Shown piece after piece: positions 26,795 through 38,823 of a stretch of DNA of 64,000 bases (the stretch's first letter is position 1; each line of letters opens with the position of its first letter). Source of the stretch: Octopus vulgaris. Its lineage: Eukaryota. The position numbers and the translations under genes were made by a program. Where the stretch lies: positions 19,530,001-19,594,000 of the forward strand of contig OX597823.1 in assembly GCA_951406725.2 (NCBI GenBank). Direction: 5' to 3'. The notes under the pieces were generated by a model. The model worked only from the letters and a program-made list of their open reading frames with translations, ran no database searches and was not told the DNA's origin.

Positions 26795-27569
26795 GAGAGA
26801 GAGAAGGATATTTTTGGATGAAATGATGTTTATGTGAAACACGTTTGTGTATGTATGTGCACATGGATGGGTATGAATGGAAAGCCTGTGCCCCAGTATA
26901 TGTGGATGTTATATTTAGTATAGAAAATGGAAGGTGACAAGTAGACACAGATGCACGGAGGCTTCTTCATCAGTTTATGTCTACTTAATTCACTCACTAG
27001 GCTTTGAGGACCATTATGTATGTCTTGGAAGGCCACGGAACTGCATCCAAAAAGTTCCTTTACAAAGCACAGGTATTGAGATATTTTCATGCTGTTGTTC
27101 AGACATGCAAGCCTCCTCTCTCCTGGCTACCAAAGGGAAGGCAAAGGTCAATACAGCTTAGAGCCAGTGTCATTGCAGGCAATGCTATCAGAATACAAAG
27201 AACTGGAGAAGAGACAAAGTTAACCCATCTGACACTCAAACAATTTCTTCAATCCACCATCTTAAACCTTTCGCATTCACATTATTCTGCCAAAAGTAAT
27301 GCTTATTTATTCACAGTTTGGAATTATGCATTATCTCATAGCTTTGAGATTTTGATGAGGCAACTGTTAATTTTTTAGAATGACATTTTAGGGTAGGTGT
27401 GACAGACCAGATCTGGCCAGTTTGAACATAAAACAGAAAGCGTATTATGGCTGGATATGACCAGTTTAAATACTAAAAGGCTAAATAAAAATCTTTCTAG
27501 GTATTAATGAAATTGGTATTAAAGTACAGTGGAACCTCAGTTTATGAATTTAGTTAATTCCTGAAGGTG

Positions 27570-27920
27570 TGCTAACAGTTTCTTATTTCTTTACTGCCCA
27601 CAAGGGACAACTCACAGAGGAGACAAACAAGGACAGACAAACGGATTAAGTCAATTACATCAACCCCAGTGCATAACTGGTCCTTATTTAATCGACCTCG
27701 AAAGGATGAAAGGCAAAGTTGACCTTGGCGGAATTAGAACTCAGAACATAGCAGCAGATGAAATACCACTAAGCATTTCGCCCGGTGTGCTAATGTTTCT
27801 GCCAGTTCACCACCTTAAGGATGACAGGTGGGATTTGAACTCAGGAGACAGAGGGTTGGAACAAATGCAGCAAAGTGTTCTATCCAACACTCTAACTACT
27901 GCCAATTCCCTACCTTATTC

Positions 27921-27955
<35 letters not shown>

Positions 27956-28160
27956 CCTTTCTACTATAAATAGGTACAAGGGCTGAAATTTCGGGAGAGG
28001 GGACCAGTCGATTACATTGATCCCCAGTGTTTCAATGATACTCTATTGACCCCGTAAGGATGAAAGGTAAAATCAATCTTGGTGAAATTTGAACTCAGAA
28101 CGTATCGACAGACAAAATACAGCTAAATATTTTGTCCAGCGTGCTAATGAATCTGCCAGC
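27570..28160 (-). mobile_element. Cluster of SINE family B copies
   Basis: Tail-type-1 copy at about 27570-27818 and tail-type-2 copy at about 27955-28160. Confidence 0.8.
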
Positions 28161-28265
28161 AATTTCTAAACATTGGTACCACGTCAACTTCTCTGAGGAA
28201 GGCATGGTTGATTAAACTGAAATTCTATCCCAATACTTCAACTGATACTTATTTTTCAACCTTAA

Positions 28266-28482
28266 CCCTTTCATTACCAACCTGCCTGAAACTGTCTCTG
28301 GCTATGTAGTAGAAATGTCATGTATTCATAAGTTTTGAATTAAAATCTTCCACCAAATCTTAGTCACAATTTGTGTTCCTAACACGAGCTGAATGGTAAC
28401 TAAGTTTACTGAATTCTTTGTTATATTTAAAGTAATTGAAAGAAACACAGAGCATCTCAAAATAAATACAGTTACAAAAGGG
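28266..28482. mobile_element. piggyBac-type MITE, family P2
   Basis: TTAA|CCCTTTC...AAAAGGG|TTTA; body matches 6573-6794. Confidence 0.87.
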
Positions 28483-28525
28483 TTTAAGTGATGAAAGGTG
28501 AAGACAAACAGTAAGTTTCAAATTT

Positions 28526-28935
28526 GGGATCTTTTCAGTTTGAATGGCAGATTTTTCTACCAGTGTCATATGAAATTGTCACCCATAATTACGACCCTAG
28601 TATCGATCTATTGCATTTCAATCTGTTTTAGGGTTAGGGTGGGGGAAGGGCATCTTTTTTTCTTCACAAATGTAAATAAACTCAATCTGTTTCTTAAACG
28701 AGGGACATATTCAAACAGCACAGAATGTTTTTTACCTCAATAGACGTCAGTGATTGGTTGAAATTTCAGAAATTGAAGAAAAAAACACAACAAATATCTT
28801 ACAAACCATAGAATTTTCTCAAAAAAGCCAAGAGAAAAAGTTGTTTTATAAACACATTCTATCAGTATACAAAGTTTAAAATTTTTTAGTTACCTAGAAA
28901 TTGTTAAAAACTGCCGTTCAAACCGAAAAGATCCC
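28526..28935. mobile_element. DNA-transposon MITE with a 24-bp TIR and a 6-bp TSD, superfamily unassigned
   Basis: AAATTT|GGGATCTTTTCAGTTTGAATGGCAG...CTGCCGTTCAAACCGAAAAGATCCC|AAATTT; internal ttagggttagggt. Confidence 0.85.
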
Positions 28936-29152
28936 AAATTTGAACTCAACAAACTACATCAACATATCTTTTGTACGTTGCTTCATTGATTTTGTTAACC
29001 TACCATCTTATAAATCTATTGTTGACCATGATGCTGTACAAGTGTTAGGGCTATATTAAGGCCATTTAATGCATTAAGTACTACTCAACAAATGATACAC
29101 CTTACAACCTTTCCATTGTCCAATTGACAAAACATTTAAGCATAACAAATTC

Positions 29153-29520
29153 TTTTTTTATTCTTTTATTTGTTTCAGTCATTTGACTGTAGCCATGCTG
29201 GAGCACTGCCTGTAGTCGAGCTAATCAACCCCAGGACTTATTCTTTGTAAGCCTAGTACTTATTCTATTGGTCTCTTTTGCCGAACCGCTGAGTGACAGG
29301 GACGTAAGCACACCAGCGATGTTGGGGGGATAAACACAGACACACAAACATATACATACATACAGGTTTCTTTCAGTTTCCGTCTACCAAATCCACTCAC
29401 AAAGCCTTGGACGGCCCGAGGTTATAGTAGAAGACACTTGCCCAAGGTGCCACGCAGTGGGATTGAACCTGGAACCATGTGGTTGGTAAGCAAGCTACTT
29501 ACCACACAGCCACTCCTGCT
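29153..29520 (-). mobile_element. SINE family A, near full length
   Basis: Reverse complement of the family A consensus. Confidence 0.88.
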
Positions 29521-30149
29521 GACGGTAAAATAATTGTTTAAAAATTCAGTTTTCTTCTAAGCTCCCATCACTATATTAAGTAAATTTGGTGTTCATTTGG
29601 TGTGGTACTTTTGCAATCTTTTATAAAAACATGTCCGACCATTTTGCTATTCAAATAAGGACTAGAGAAAACAATATTCTACCTGGAAACAGGAGAGGAC
29701 AGGCAACAAGAAGAGCATCCAGCTGTGGAATATCTGCCTCAAAAAATCTCATCTGATCCATGCAATAATGGAAAAAGCAGACATCAAACAACAATGATGA
29801 TGATTTATAATTAAATAGCAATCAGTAATATAAGCAAATTTACTTATTGGCATTAGAAAGGGCATCTAACTGTAGAAACCATGCCAATGAAGACACTGGA
29901 ATATGATGCAGTCCTTGTTAAACTATCCAATCCATACAAGCATGGAACATGGACGTTAATGAAGATGATGATGATGATAAGGAAGCAGGAAAAATGCATA
30001 TTTTTAGCTCTAATTCACTAATTATGGTTAATCTGGCATTGGACAAACTCTGTGGGTCTCCCTTTTTTTGGTGCCCTAAGCATGAGCTTATTTTATTTAA
30101 TGATTAACTTGGGTGTGACCGGCACCATTTCATTGCACCTCTACTACAT

Positions 30150-30895
30150 GCTTCTATTTCAGTTCTATATTTAAGAGATGAGTAATTATGTACATTATTT
30201 ACAGTCGACGGATATTTGTCTTCATCTTGTTTGTTGTTAACACATTTCGGCTGATATACCCTCCAGCCTTCTTTGGGTGTCTTGGGGAAATTTCGTCCCT
30301 GGGAAATTTCGAACAATGATAATCTATCTATCTATCCGCTCAGTCGAAGTCGACTCTCGGTTACTCGATGGATCAGTGTCCTCTAGTCAGTTCTATCCTG
30401 GACCGCTTCTTTCAGATTGGCTATATCCATTCCGGTATCACTTTTGATGGTGTCAAGCCAGCGGGTTCTTGGTCGGCCTCTTCCTCTCTTGCCACTGACC
30501 ATTCCGAGCATGATGTCCTTCTCCGGGGATTTTCTCCGCATAATATGACCAAAATATGCCAATCTATGCTTGGTGATCCTAGCTTCTAGCGACATTTTCG
30601 GCCTGATCTGCTTAAGAACCTCTCCATTGGTGAGCCTCGCTGTCCATGGAATCTGTAAAAGTCTTCTCCAACACCAAAGCTCAAATAATAATAATAATAA
30701 CATTGAAAAATACCTTAGGAATGAAAACTCAGGTTTGAAATTTCCCCCAAGACACCTGAAGAAGGCTGGAGGGTATATCAGACGAAACGTTGCGTTAACA
30801 ACAAACAAGATGGCGGTGCCCCAGCATGGCCACAGCTCATAAGCTGAAACTAGAATCAATCAATCAATCAAGATGAGGACAAATATCCGTCGAAT
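30150..30895. mobile_element. Inverted pair of Penelope-like termini (about 30150-30313 and 30700-30895) interrupted by later insertions
   Basis: 30205-30295 is the reverse complement of 30735-30893; the right arm carries acac CTGAAGA a ggctg-gagggtatat-cagac GAAA CG TT gcgt. Confidence 0.72.
30323..30685 (-). mobile_element. RTE-clade (BovB-like) LINE 3' fragment with a nonsense mutation and a (GATA)n tail
   Basis: Translates FELWCWRRLLQIPWTARLTNGEVLKQIRPKMSLEARITKHRLAYFGHIMRR...IMLGMVSGKRGRGRPRTRWLDTIK...QDRTD*RTLIHRVTESRLRLSG*, a classic RTE C-terminus. Confidence 0.93.
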
Positions 30896-31730
30896 ACTTC
30901 TATTTGTTGTTCAAAATGTAAACTAATTATTGTTTTGTCCATATCTGAACTTGTACAGTTCCACAATATAGAGATAACAACTGAATGCTGAGAGGCACAT
31001 TTGAGACTGTGAAACACCAGCTGTCACAATTAGTATGTTGTCTGTCTTTTTGCTAAACAGTCTTCAACTATATTTTGAACCAGTTATACACATTAACTTG
31101 TTAGAGGACAAAGACTCGTTCATGCCATGACTAATTTAGTAACACCACCTGATAAATAAAATTTTAAAAAAAACAACATAACATTTTTTTTATCGGTCAA
31201 CCGGAGACTGCAGCTGTAACACATCTTCCCACTCGTTTTTCTAGTATATATTGTTTTTCAGATTTAATCTCTAAAGCTTTCCCATTTCCAAATTGATTTT
31301 GATTACATCTAAAAGATGCTTTATCCTCCTTCAACTCTGACCAGGAAGAAATGCTGTCAACAAACGATATCTAATGATCATTGGATACCGTTTGATGACA
31401 TCATTTCCTCCAGGTCAATTTTTGTTTCTAGATAAAATCTATACCATTATGAAAATGGAAAAGGCATTGAATTACCATAAGGAGTAGTTTGAGAAAAAAT
31501 TTGACAGTTAATTTTTTATATATATTCTACTTATTATACAACATTACTCGTTTATGTACACTTTTTTATGTACATTCCTTTATGTACACTGATTTGTTCT
31601 GCTTTTTTATGTTTAACCCTACAGTCTCTTATGTGGTGGTTTAATAAAGTATGTGATTGAGTATTATCTGGTAATTGATATTTGATTTAGATGTATTTCT
31701 CCATTTTCTTATCTTGTATATATATATATA

Positions 31731-32113
31731 TCTCTCTCTATATAAACGGCAGTTTGTCTGTGCGTTTTCTGTGTGTCTGTTTTCTCGTACCCTCACTCTG
31801 ACCACTGCTTTCAACCGATTCTGATGAAACTTGACACACACATAGCCCAATGTCATAATTCAAAACTAACGCAGCGAAAATTTTGAAAAGTTCCCCCACT
31901 TCTGAAAAAGATCGATAAATTCGACATGGGGTCGAGAATCTGAAACCCAAACCACAGACCGTCTAGGGGACGCAACTCCACCTTTTTTATCACTCAAAAA
32001 AATTTACCATCATTTTTTTTCCATTTTTTTGCTATTTTTTGGCTATAACTCTCTAAAAATGCTTTATAGTTTTTTCCCTTACAAACCTGAGCAACGCCGG
32101 GCGATACTGCTAG
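31731..32113 (+). mobile_element. Non-autonomous Helitron
   Basis: A|TC start, 3' hairpin cctgagcaacgccggg and CTAG|T end, no TSD; 3' end shared with the 57655 and 62032 copies. Confidence 0.85.
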
Positions 32114-32337
32114 TACATATATATATCAAAAGGTAGTAGCAACAACAGCAATAATGTCATTGGCTCTAGAAACGGACCTGGGACGCTCACCACCAAAGGG
32201 GAGTAACAACTGTTACATCCAAACTTAGTCTGTCTTCTCCACTTCACTGTGGCAAGCATCAGAACCTACATGCACAAAAGTTCAGACTGAACAAGGGAGA
32301 AACAGCAATATACCTAGACATGATACTGGATCTCATA

Positions 32338-32427
32338 TAAGGGTGAGCTGAAAAGTTCCTGGCTTTGGGTAAAAGAAAGTACAACTAGGCCTTTCGCGAT
32401 ACCCTTAAACTTTTCAGCATCCCCTTG
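32338..32427. mobile_element. Internally deleted mariner-type MITE
   Basis: Ends match 53171-53387 (gaaaagttcctggctttgggtaaaagaaa...cttttcagcatccccttg). Confidence 0.7.
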
Positions 32428-34139
32428 TACAATAGATTCCTGCTTGTCAGAATGCACAATCTGGTCCTCAACTAAATGACAGTGCTTTATATCTGGATCA
32501 ATAGATCTGTAAATCATATCAAATTATTTAACTGGTAATGCATCATGGCTCTACTGGATCAATGGATTTGTGGATCACACTGAACTGTTCAATTGATTAT
32601 CTATGTGCCATAGGCATGCTGGATCAATAATGACCTGGGGCTAAAAAGCAACGACAACAGAAGCAATTTTAATTCCCAATGCCCTTGTCATCACTGCTAG
32701 AAACTAAGGAGCCTCTAACTAGGTTGTTCAACATGCTAGACGTAGCAGCCAAATCTCTCCCAAATCACCCTACCTTCTTGATCAGAGGGTATTTGAGATA
32801 GTCAGGACAGGAGTGAATCAAAGCCAACCTAGGGATAAACACAACATTTAACAACAACAAAATTATTATTGCCTTCATCATCCTCATTACCATCATCACT
32901 CACCATCATCATCCTCATCACTGGCACCATATTACATGGAACAATCCAGCTATTAACCACACATCATTTGAATGACTGGCTGCCTCTAAGTTGCAGGTTT
33001 GCTTGATCTTGATCAAGCAAACAGACCCAGGGTTAAATAATAATAACGAGAAACATACTTGTATGAAGCGAACTACATTTCTTCCCTTTGCCAAAGAATA
33101 ATGTTATGGTTGCAAAAATTGAAAATACAACCTTCATATGCTCAACTATGGCAACAAGGGACCCTCAATGAGGTTGCTTGTAAAAAGGAAAAAGTAGCTG
33201 AAAATCCCTCAAATAAATAAGCTTTACATTTGACAGAACCATCTAAATACTAAGAGGTCTTCCAGCCAATGTTTATATCATCTTGCTGGCGCTTCTGGTA
33301 CAACATTGCTCAATACATTTTCCCCTTATTTAAGACAGGATGTGATTAGAGGGAATTTGGTAGCTACTTCTAGTATGTCGAGCAACCATGTAGAGGCCCC
33401 CTTCGTTGGATTGATCTTTTCGAGTGCTTTTAATATTAAGTGATTGCAAAGATAGAAAACTTTTTTGTCCCATGTTCAACAAACATCTCGAGTGTGTATG
33501 CAATTATGAAGCAGTTACTAAAAATTACATGTATATTCCCAGGCATGTGTATGAGAGAGGGGGAGAGAAAGAAATTCTTCTACCCACACAACTCTAGGAT
33601 AAATTCAGAATTGTTCGTTTTGTGGCTGTTTTTCTTTATGCTTGTTTGTCTATCCACCTCTCTCTCTCTCTCTAAATATTGCTCTTTCACCCATTACCAC
33701 AAATACAATCTCAACTCTTTCTTTCCAAAAATCCTGTCAACTCTGTCCACATTTTTCTCTCTCTCTCTCTCACACATACACACACAATCACACAATTACA
33801 AAAGGCATAGCCACACACAATATGCGTAGCACAGCAAAGTACAGTCATACAGCACAAAAGGCAAATCCAGACACAACGCTCACACGCCCCACCCCCTAAA
33901 CGTAATTGGTTAGTGAGAGTCACACCTTGTATGTGCTTCTGGTTCAATACCCGGGGTACTGCTTACAAAACACCAACTGCTTTGAGATTTGAGTCAATGG
34001 ACTGCTGTGGACTACTCACTCACCACACAACCATGCATTTGCATTTAACTACTACCATTGTTTACTGTACCTCACTTAACAAAGCCGTTAACACTCCTAA
34101 CTTCCAATTATTATTACAGAACCAATACAGTGTATCTTA

Positions 34140-34460
34140 TCATCATCATCGTCGTTTAACGTCCGTTTTCCATGCTAGCATGGGTTGGACGGTTCAACCG
34201 GGGTCTGGGAAGCCAGGAGGCTGCACCAGACTCCAGTCTGATCTGGCAGTATTTCTACAGCTGGATGCCCTTCCTAACGCCAACCACTCCGTGAGTGTAG
34301 TGGGTGCTTTTTACGTGCCAGGCGAGGTTGGCAATGGCCACGATCGGATTAGTGCATTTTACGTGCCAATGGCACAGAAGCCAGTCAAGGCAGCGCTGGC
34401 ATCGGCCATGTACGGATGGTGCTTTTTACGCGCCACCGGCACAGGTGCCAGAGTAGGCTG
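34140..34460 (-). mobile_element. Family C retroelement 3' end
   Basis: catcatcatcgtcgtttaacgtccg... followed by repeated tttttacgtgcca modules. Confidence 0.85.
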
Positions 34461-34804
34461 GCGTAAATATAAATATACACAGTGACAATGGATTGTTAAA
34501 CAACAGTGAAAAGAAAAAGCTAGTAAGTTCGATCCTCATCTCACACCTCTTAAATGGCTTTTGCAGGGCTCAATTTCATAGTGAGGCTAAATGCATATGT
34601 GTATTTATTCATACATGAATTTATGTACTTCAGTTACACTGAGCAAGCAAAAATAAGGCTCTACTTGTTATTCCCTGGTTGAGTAGTTAGTAGCAAGAAG
34701 GGACAACACATCTGAGTAGTTACTGGTAAGAAGGGAGCATCAATGCAATTCAGCTGTCAATTATTCAAGCAAATAAGATAAATGGGAACATTGGATAATA
34801 ATCA

Positions 34805-34835
<31 letters not shown>

Positions 34836-34913
34836 TATACTGTGAACGCGTGTGTACCGTTGGCGATTTTTTTCCCCTCCGTCTTCCCTTCTCTGGATCT
34901 TTCCTTTTCCTAT

Positions 34914-34948
34914 GTTTCTGACGAAGAGCTCCACTCGAAACGTAAAAC
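34914..34948 (+). ncRNA. Minimal type I hammerhead ribozyme motif in a Penelope-like remnant (about 34840-35040)
   Basis: gttt CTGACGA a gag-ctcca-ctc GAAA CG TA aaac: stem I GUUU/AAAC, intact CUGANGA and GAAA cores, stem II GAG/CUC, palindromic CG stem III and a GUA cleavage triplet. Confidence 0.75.
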
Positions 34949-35034
34949 CCTCCTTCTTCCCTTCCTTCCTGAGCGTCCAATAATACTATATTTGTTCCAT
35001 GTCCTCACGTTGTTGTGTTTTCATGTTTGGATTA

Positions 35035-35083
<49 letters not shown>

Positions 35084-35544
35084 AAAGGATGTGTTATAAT
35101 ACTATTCCACATATACAAAAACAGCCATACCAACAATCCATCATCAGCTGCCACATGGATATCATTATGGTTTCGACACCCAGACAGTACCATTCAATCC
35201 GGCGGTGTCAACAGTGCTAAAGTAAGTGTTGTTTGGGAACAAGAAACCGCAACTTTCAAACACATTTACCCTATACACAACAGTATCGGTAAATAAATTC
35301 AATAAGTGAATCAATAACCAACTCCTAAATATGTAACTAAACAGCGACCAAACCTTTAAGTCAATCATTTTATTCCCTACAGTCTTCCATAGTATAATAT
35401 AAAAGTGAAAGCTTTTCAATCTGAATATAGGCAGGATTAAACAGTAACTTTAAAATTAAACTACGCCAAAGAAACACATAAATCTATATGCATGTGTATC
35501 CGCATTTATATAAATATAAATTTGGTGTGTGTTGTGCTCCATTA

Positions 35545-35886
35545 GGGTAAAGACCCCCTTCGGTCATGAATGACCATGGGATTGCACCTAGAAAGTTACC
35601 CTCCTAGACACAAGTCCGGGCAAGGTTGTTTATGGAAGGCCAGCAGTCGCCCATGCATACCAGCCTCCCCTCTCCACGCCACTAGTGTTATCCAAGGGAA
35701 AGACAAAGGTCGATACAGCTTGGCACCAGTGACGTCGCAACTCATTTCTACAGCTGAGTGAACTGGAGCAACGTGAAATAAAGTGCCTTGCTCAAGAACA
35801 CAACACGCAGCCCGGTCCGGGATTCGAGCTCACAACCTCACGATCGTGAGCTCGACGCTCTAACCACTGAGCCATGCGCCTTCACA
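35545..35886 (-). mobile_element. Full-length young SINE, family D
   Basis: CpG-rich head with A and B boxes; 12-bp TSD TGTGCTCCATTA at 35533-35544 and 35887-35898. Confidence 0.92.
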
Positions 35887-36026
35887 TGTGCTCCATTACT
35901 CGAATGAAAAAAATGTATATTCTGTGAGTCTCTCGCCCAGGTGTACACTCAGTATACGTTATGTCATTTGTTTATTTACCATACATTTTTTACATTATAT
36001 ATATATATATAAATATGTGTGTGTGT

Positions 36027-36392
36027 GTGGTAAGTAGCTTGCTTACCAACCACATGACCCAGGGTTCATTCCCACTGCATGGCACCTGGAGCAAGTGTCT
36101 TCTACTATAGCCTCGGGCTGACCAAAGCCTTGTGAGTGGATTTGGTAGACGGAAACTGAAAGAAGCCCATCGTATATATGGATATATATGTGTGTGTCTA
36201 TGTCTGTCCCACCAACATTGCTTGACAACCAATGCTGGGTGTGTTTACGTCCCCGTAACTTAGCAGTTCAGCAAAAGAAACCGACAGAATAAGTAGTAGG
36301 CTTACAAAGAATAAGTCCTGGGATCGATTTGCTTGACTAAATGTGGTGCTCCAGCATGACAACAGTCAAATGACTAAAACAAGTAAAAGAGT
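36027..36392 (+). mobile_element. SINE family A
   Basis: Matches the family A consensus, including the tail. Confidence 0.87.
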
Positions 36393-36437
36393 GTGTGTGT
36401 ATATATATATATCTATATATATATATATATATATTTA

Positions 36438-37460
36438 TCATCATTGTTTAACGTCCGTTTTCCGCGCTAGCACAGGTTGGACGGTTCGACCGGGGTCTGG
36501 GAAGCCAGGGGCTGCACCAGGCTCCAGTCAGATCTGGCAGAGTTTCTAAAGCTGGATGCCCTTCCTACCACCAACCATTCCGCGAGTGTAGTGGGTGCTT
36601 TTTACGTGCCACCTGCACAGGTGCCAGGGGGGGTCCGGCATATATATATATATATATAAAGCAAAATCTTCGAATGTTGGTCCTTACGGAAGCAATGACA
36701 AGTGATTGAGACCTTTGGCGATTTGCTGTGCTTGAGAAGATTTGTGAAGCCAAGTGAAACTGTAGCTGTGACCGATGCTCGTGTCCTGTAACTGGCACGC
36801 ATTACATTCAGGGAGTGGTTGGCGTTAGGAAGGGCATCCAACTGTAGAAACATTGCCAAATGGTTTCAGATTGGAGCTTTGTGCACCTCTCCAGTTAACC
36901 ACTTTCAATCAAACTGTCTAACCCATGTCAGCACGGAAAGCGGACGTTAAATGATGACGACGATGATACATATCACATGATTGACCAGACTGTCGAATGT
37001 TGTTTATACATCACTGGTCACAATTCGCTTTGCACCATTTCAGCTTTCAAATGATGCCAGACCCACTGGCTAGACAAGCAGACAAACATTCTCCCTCATT
37101 GGACAGCTATTCTGTCACGGGGTTGGAGCAACACGAAAGGAAGTGTTGGGCTCAAGAATACAACACACTCCTTGGTCCAGTGCCGCCTGACTGGCTCCCG
37201 TGCTGGTGGCACATAAAAAGCACCATTTGAGCGTGGGTCGTTGCCAGTATTGCCAAACTGGCCCTCGTGTCATTGGCATGTAAAAAACACCCACTACACT
37301 CTCGGAGTGGTTGGCATTAGGAAGGGCATACAGTTGTAGAATCCCTACCTGATCAGACTGAGGCCTTGTACAGTGTTCTGGCTTGCCAGTCCTCAGTCAA
37401 ACCATCCAGCCCATGCCAGTATGGAAAGAGGATGTTAAATGATAATGATAATGATGATAT
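36438..37460. mobile_element. Three family C fragments in mixed orientation
   Basis: Minus at about 36438-36630; plus at about 36660-36965 and 37178-37460. Confidence 0.75.
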
Positions 37461-37657
37461 GTGTGTGGGTGTGTGCAACAAAACTTCCCTAAACTAGAGA
37501 CCCTAAAGTAAGGATTATCTTAGCTACAATTGTAATCCCAATGTAGGATAATCATGGATTATCAACACATGCCATAATATATATATGACAAGACAACCAA
37601 ATAACCAAAATCATTTTAGCAAGTTCAACCCTTCAAGAACGAAGGGCAACTTAGAAC

Positions 37658-37964
37658 CAGGGCTGTGAAGTTGGAGTCGGAAACAATTAAGGGGTAGCTG
37701 GAGTCTGAGTCGGTAAAATTATACTGACTCTGATACCGACTCACAATCTCTTTATTCTTTAAAATAAACCAGTTATAACATATAGGCCTACTCAGAGTAC
37801 AAGCGTATGTACATGCTTTATGAGATATGTAGACGACAATCACTTAATTACACAAAGAGGAGTCAGAGTCAGAGGTGCCAATAATAGAGGAGTCAGAGTC
37901 AGCAGAGGTGCCAATAGTAGAGGAGTCAGAGTCAAAGTTTTTTTGCTTTGACCCCACAGCCCTG
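37658..37964. mobile_element. hAT-type MITE with GAGTC subterminal repeats
   Basis: TIR CAGGGCTGTG/CACAGCCCTG and an 8-bp TSD CTTAGAAC at 37650-37657 and 37965-37972. Confidence 0.9.
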
Positions 37965-38469
37965 CTTAGAACAAAGAGAAAACAAGATATAAAAAATTCA
38001 CATAAGCCTTGTGAATGGATCTTGGTAGACAGAAACTGAAAGCCTGACGTATATATATATATGTATGTATGTGTGTGTCTGGGCTTGTCCCCTCACCATT
38101 GCTTGACCACCAATGTTGGTGTGTTTACAACCAAGTCACTTAACAGTTCAGCATAAGAGACCAACAGAATAAGTACTAGGAATACAAAGAATAAGCCCCG
38201 AGGTCGATTTGTTCAACTAAAGGTGGAGCTCCAGCATGGCCGCAGTCAGATGACTGAAACAAATAGAAGAATAAAAAAAAGAACAAGCATCAAACACACA
38301 CTTCCATCACCAGCTGCCTAACAGACATCATTTTCACATCCATTTTTTGATGCTAGTATGAATCAGATGAATGCATTTTTGAGGTATTGTTTTAAAACCA
38401 GATACCCTTCTCCCTGCTAACCTTTACCTGGTTTACAAGTAAAGGAACTCTCTTTTTACATATTTTTTA

Positions 38470-38823
38470 AGGTAAAAAGACCCCCCCCCCACCGCCTTTG
38501 ATCATGAATGGCCATGGGATTGCACCTAGAAAGTTACCCTCCGAGGCACAAATCTGGACATGGTTGTTTATGGAAGACCAGCCATCGCCCATGCACACCA
38601 GCCTCCTCTCTCCACGCCACTGATGTTATCCAAGGGAAAGGCAAAGGCCGATACAGATTGGTACCAGTGACAATGCAACTCATTTCTGCAGCTGAGTGAA
38701 CTGGAGCAACGAGAAATAAAGTGTCTTGCTCAAGAACTCAACACAGAGCCCAGTCCTGGAAGTGAACTCACTACCTCATGATTGTGAGTCCAATGCTCTA
38801 ACCACTGAGCCAGGCATCTTCAC
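38470..38823 (-). mobile_element. SINE family D
   Basis: Homologous to 35545-35886. Confidence 0.87.

Noticed and set aside
30323-30685. Horizontal transfer of a BovB-like RTE
   Set aside because: RTE elements are widespread in molluscs, and a 360-bp decayed fragment cannot support a transfer claim without phylogenetic analysis.
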